A program made the translations under genes and the position numbers. 64,000 nt of DNA from Macrostomum lignano. Taxonomy: Eukaryota. The notes under the pieces are model-generated. The model was given only the letters and a program-made list of their open reading frames with translations, was not told where the DNA came from and ran no database searches. The DNA lies in NCBI GenBank assembly GCA_002269645.1, contig NIVC01000307.1, positions 372,001 to 436,000 of the forward strand, given 5' to 3'. Below are positions 60,634 through 64,000 of the stretch, piece after piece. Positions within the stretch are counted from its first letter, which is position 1. Each line of letters begins with the position of its first letter.

Positions 60634-60989
60634 GTGAGAGATTTAGACGAATATTGATCAATATTGTTGTTTTAGTCCGTTCGCTATACTCTACTGATAG
60701 TAAAAATATTAGAAAATTACAACTAGCATTGTACATTATTAATTGAAATTTATTTACTACACTACTTATAGTAAAATAAATCATTTTTGTCATTAAGTTT
60801 TGTAATGATATAAAAGAAGGATAGATTGGCTAAGGCGTGTCAGTGGCATTGCAGCAAATTGTCCCATGACCCTACGGGAGTGGACACTTAAACCTTACTG
60901 CAATTCTTAATCCCATGATCGAGTTCTGATTGCATTTCCTGGATAAAATCCAAATTCAAAATGTCTCGATTCCTAATCCCTGAATCTCA

Positions 60990-61715
60990 ATTTCCAATTC
61001 CCCGATTCCCAATTCCCCGATTCCCCAATTCCCCGATTCCCAATTCCCCGTTTCCCCGTTTCCCGATTCCCCGATCCCCCAATTCCCCGATTCCCAATTC
61101 CCCGATTCCCAATTCCCCGTTTCCCCAATTCCCCGATTCCCCAATTCCCCGATTCCCAATTCCCCGTTTCCCCGTTTCCCCGATTCCCAATTCCCCGATC
61201 CCCCAATTCCCCGTTTCCCGATTCCCCGATCCCCCAATTCCCCGATTCCCAATTCCCCGATTCCCAATTCCCCGTTTCCCCAATTCCCCGATTCCCAATT
61301 CCCCGTTTCCCCAATTCCCCGATTCCCCAATTCCCCGATTCCCAATTCCCCGTTTCCCCGTTTCCCCGATTCCCAATTCCCCGATCCCCCAATTCCCCGT
61401 TTCCCGATTCCCCGATCCCCCAATTCCCCGATTCCCAATTCCCCGATTCCCAATTCCCCGATTCCCAATTCCCCGATTCCCAATTCCCCGATTCCCAATT
61501 CCCCGATTCCCAATTCGCCTGCTGCCTAATTCCCCGATTCCCAATCATTTCCCAATACCCCGATTCCTAATTCCTCGCTTTCAAATTCCCTTTCCCTCAT
61601 TTCCCTTTCCCTCATTTCCCTTTCCCTCATTTCCCTTTCTCTCATTTCCCTTTCCCTCATTTCCCTTTCCCTCATTTCCCTTTCCCTCATTTCCCTTTCC
61701 CTCATTTCCCTTTTT
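60990..61715. repeat. Two adjacent 15-bp arrays (TTCCCCGATTCCCAA, then TTTCCCTCATTTCCC), FAM221B intron 2
   Basis: Direct reading. Confidence 0.95.
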
Positions 61716-61924
61716 CCTAATTCCACAATTCCCAACACCCCGATTCCCTGATTCCCCGAATCCCAATTCCCCCACTGATCCCAATAGCCCCGAATCCCAA
61801 TGCACCGATATCCATTACCCCGATTCCCTCGATTCCCATTCTCCCAATTCCCAATTCCCCAATGTCTCAATTCCATATCGTGATGGCAAATCCAAACCCG
61901 ACTCTCCCCCTCTCCCGACCCCAG

Positions 61925-62237
61925 AAGCGACACCCGGCAGCACCAGTGCCGCTCCTGCCCCTGCGGCGCCTTCAATTCCGTTTTCGTGTGCGCCGCCTGC
62001 GACCAGTCGTGGGAGAAGCACGAAACCGTCTTCGAGACCGAGCGGGAGCGTCTCGACGCTGGGCGTCCAGTTGGCGACGACTGGATCCCGTTCGCCGAGA
62101 TGGAGGAGGTGCGCACCATGGTGCTGCACGGCCGAGACGACAGCCCGTCAGGCGCCGCCGCTCTGCCCGACCCGGCAAACCCGGAGGCAGCCAGGCGAGG
62201 AGGCGGCGGCGGTGGCTTCAGGCCCACCTACGACTGA
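61925..62237 (+). CDS. FAM221B: FAM221B-like protein, exon 3 (last)
   Basis: CCCCAG acceptor, phase 2; CRSCPCGAFNSVFVCAACDQSWEKHETVFET, like human CFESNFLCAACDRRWEEHETFFDT. Confidence 0.9.
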
Positions 62238-62935
62238 CTGATCGAGCGCTATGGAAAAATTAATAGAAATTAATTCTTTTCAATCATCGATGCTTACTTC
62301 AAGTAGTTGGCTGCGAATAATGTATTCATTTTTTTCGCAAAATTGTTTTGGTACCAAAAATACAATTAATCTGTTTAGTTCGATGTACAATAATTGTCGA
62401 AGGCAGAGCGCGTTGTGCCATAGACTAATTCGGTCGCTAAAGAGCTAAAACATACAGCGATACGTTCCAGATCATTTTTAAGAAAACCGAATGTAGCTAT
62501 GGTGAGAACAATATCAAACGCCAATATGAACGAACTGTTTTCTCGTTTTAAATATTATAGCAACAGATGCACTTTGTTTTAATTTGTACAGCTACAAGTA
62601 TTTTTATATTTTTTCAACTGGTTTTTCTGATGCTCAATGCAGCTTTGATCATTTGTACCGTTTTAAAAAATTCCAATGAGAAAATAAATTTTATAGATAT
62701 CTAAATCGATTGTTATCGATTGATAATATTTTATAATGAATTATATGCGCTTAATAGAAACAAACGTTTTTTTATATTTTGCACGAAATTTATGTGACTT
62801 TTCTACTTAAAGTTAGTTAAAGTCAGCTGTTTGAAATTGTATGCAATTTATAAGGTAAGGTAAGGTAAAATTTATAAGGTAAATTTCTACGAATACGAGT
62901 ATAGCTACCTGTAGTTTAAACTGAACATTGACAGG

Positions 62936-63458
62936 ATAGCGTCACCTGTTAGACAGAGGATAGTGTCACCTGTTCGACAGAGGATAGTGTCACCTGTTAG
63001 ACAGAGGACAGTGTCACCTGTTAGACAGAGGATAGTGTCACCTGTTAGACAGAGGATAGTGTCACCTGTTAGACAGAGGATAATTTCACCTGTTAGACAG
63101 AGCATAGTGTCACCTGTTAGACAGAGGATAGTGTCACCTGTTAGACAGAGGATAGTGTCACCTGTTAGACAGAGGATAGTGTCACCTGTTAGACAGAGGA
63201 TAGTGTCACCTGTTAGACAGAGCATAGTGTCACCTGTTAGACAGAGGATAGTGTCACCTGTTAGACAGAGGATAGTGTCACCTGTTAGACAGAGGATAGT
63301 GTCACCTGTTAGACAGAGGATAGTGTCACCTGTTAGACAGAGCATAGTGTCACCTGTTAGACAGAGGATAGTGTCACCTGTTAGACAGAGGATAGTGTCA
63401 CCTGTTAGACAGAGGATAGTGTCACCTGTTAGACAGAGGATAGTGTCACCTGTTAGAC
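62936..63458. repeat. 24-bp minisatellite TGTCACCTGTTAGACAGAGGATAG, about 22 copies
   Basis: Direct reading. Confidence 0.96.
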
Positions 63459-63947
63459 GTAACCCCTAGATTACGTCGGTCTCTGGCTGGTGCGGTAGCT
63501 GAACTTCTCTTGCGGCCAAGATCCCTATTATCTAGACAGCGGGCCTGGCAATTGTTTGAATACACACGCTGCCAGAGGCGCAACCGCCACCAGTCACCTG
63601 TGCAGGAGTGCACCCGGTAAAAAGTCTCACTAACGAGACAGGACTCCCGCGCGGTCTGTAACAGCCGAAGGTTCTTGACCTTAACTGTACTAGAAGTGTG
63701 TTGTGTATTGCAAAGGCATGCGATGCGTAGGGGTAGTTCGGGGACAGCGTTTCTAGAAACTTCCAACCGCGGACTTGTTTACGCATAGTTCCAGAAGTTT
63801 CCTTCCCCGGTCTTTCTAGAACTTTCCTTCCCCGCGTGCATAAATATACGAGCCGCCCTCCTATTGGCCAAGCCCTCTTTTGGTGCCACTGAGCGCCCGG
63901 ATAATTATCTATCTTGTTTCTGCGTTCGTTAATTCAACAACAGAACA
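63451..63947 (+). mobile_element. 5' LTR of a Gypsy (Mag-like) retrotransposon, about 497 bp
   Basis: TGTT...AACA termini, TAAATA box near 63841, immediately followed by a PBS and gag-like ATG; left boundary overlaps the last minisatellite unit. Confidence 0.72.
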
Positions 63948-63948
63948 T

Positions 63949-63963
63949 TGGCGACGAGGATGG
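63949..63963 (+). promoter_or_regulatory. Primer binding site complementary to tRNA-Ser(GCU) 3' end
   Basis: TGGCGACGAGGATGG matches the complement of ...CCATCCTCGTCGCCA. Confidence 0.85.
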
Positions 63964-64000
63964 CGGCTAGCATCCCCGCACCCACGCCCTTCCTGGCGAA
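63960..64000 (+). CDS. Start of gag-like ORF, truncated by the window end
   Basis: ATG overlapping the PBS; MAASIPAPTPFLA resembles Mag-clade gag N-termini; only 13 codons visible. Confidence 0.55.
   Translation, partial: MAASIPAPTPFLA

Overview
AT-rich, intron-containing animal genomic DNA with many repeats. The gene set, the short acceptors just before start codons and the minisatellite-filled introns resemble a free-living flatworm such as Macrostomum; this is inference only. Six recognisable host genes are present: UPRT (first coding exon only, minus), BTF3/NAC-beta (2 exons, minus), an intronless and divergent SmE/SNRPE, GNPDA (2 exons), ANKEF1 (8 exons, minus, about 720 aa) and FAM221B-like (3 exons). 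Mobile DNA includes an 8.3-kb Mutator-type element (TIRs, 8-bp TSD) carrying a frameshifted PHD-FLYWCH-MULE transposase, two mariner relics (one split by a TIR element with a 3-bp TSD), a Gypsy integrase relic, several MITE/foldback elements, a minus-strand LTR relic with a duplicated tRNA-Leu PBS, and the 5' LTR, PBS and gag start of a Gypsy element at the window end. Pseudogenes include an RPA70-like ssDNA-binding gene and a C-type lectin. The most unusual signals are: (i) sharply bounded domains almost devoid of CpG in which decayed elements show repeated CpA/TpG to TpA changes, a RIP-like pattern; (ii) a different private minisatellite in each of the 12 host-gene introns; (iii) inverted copies of one minisatellite bracketing GNPDA exon 1. 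Most long ORFs in the supplied track are tandem-repeat artefacts. All protein identifications come from recalled family motifs; no database searches were run.
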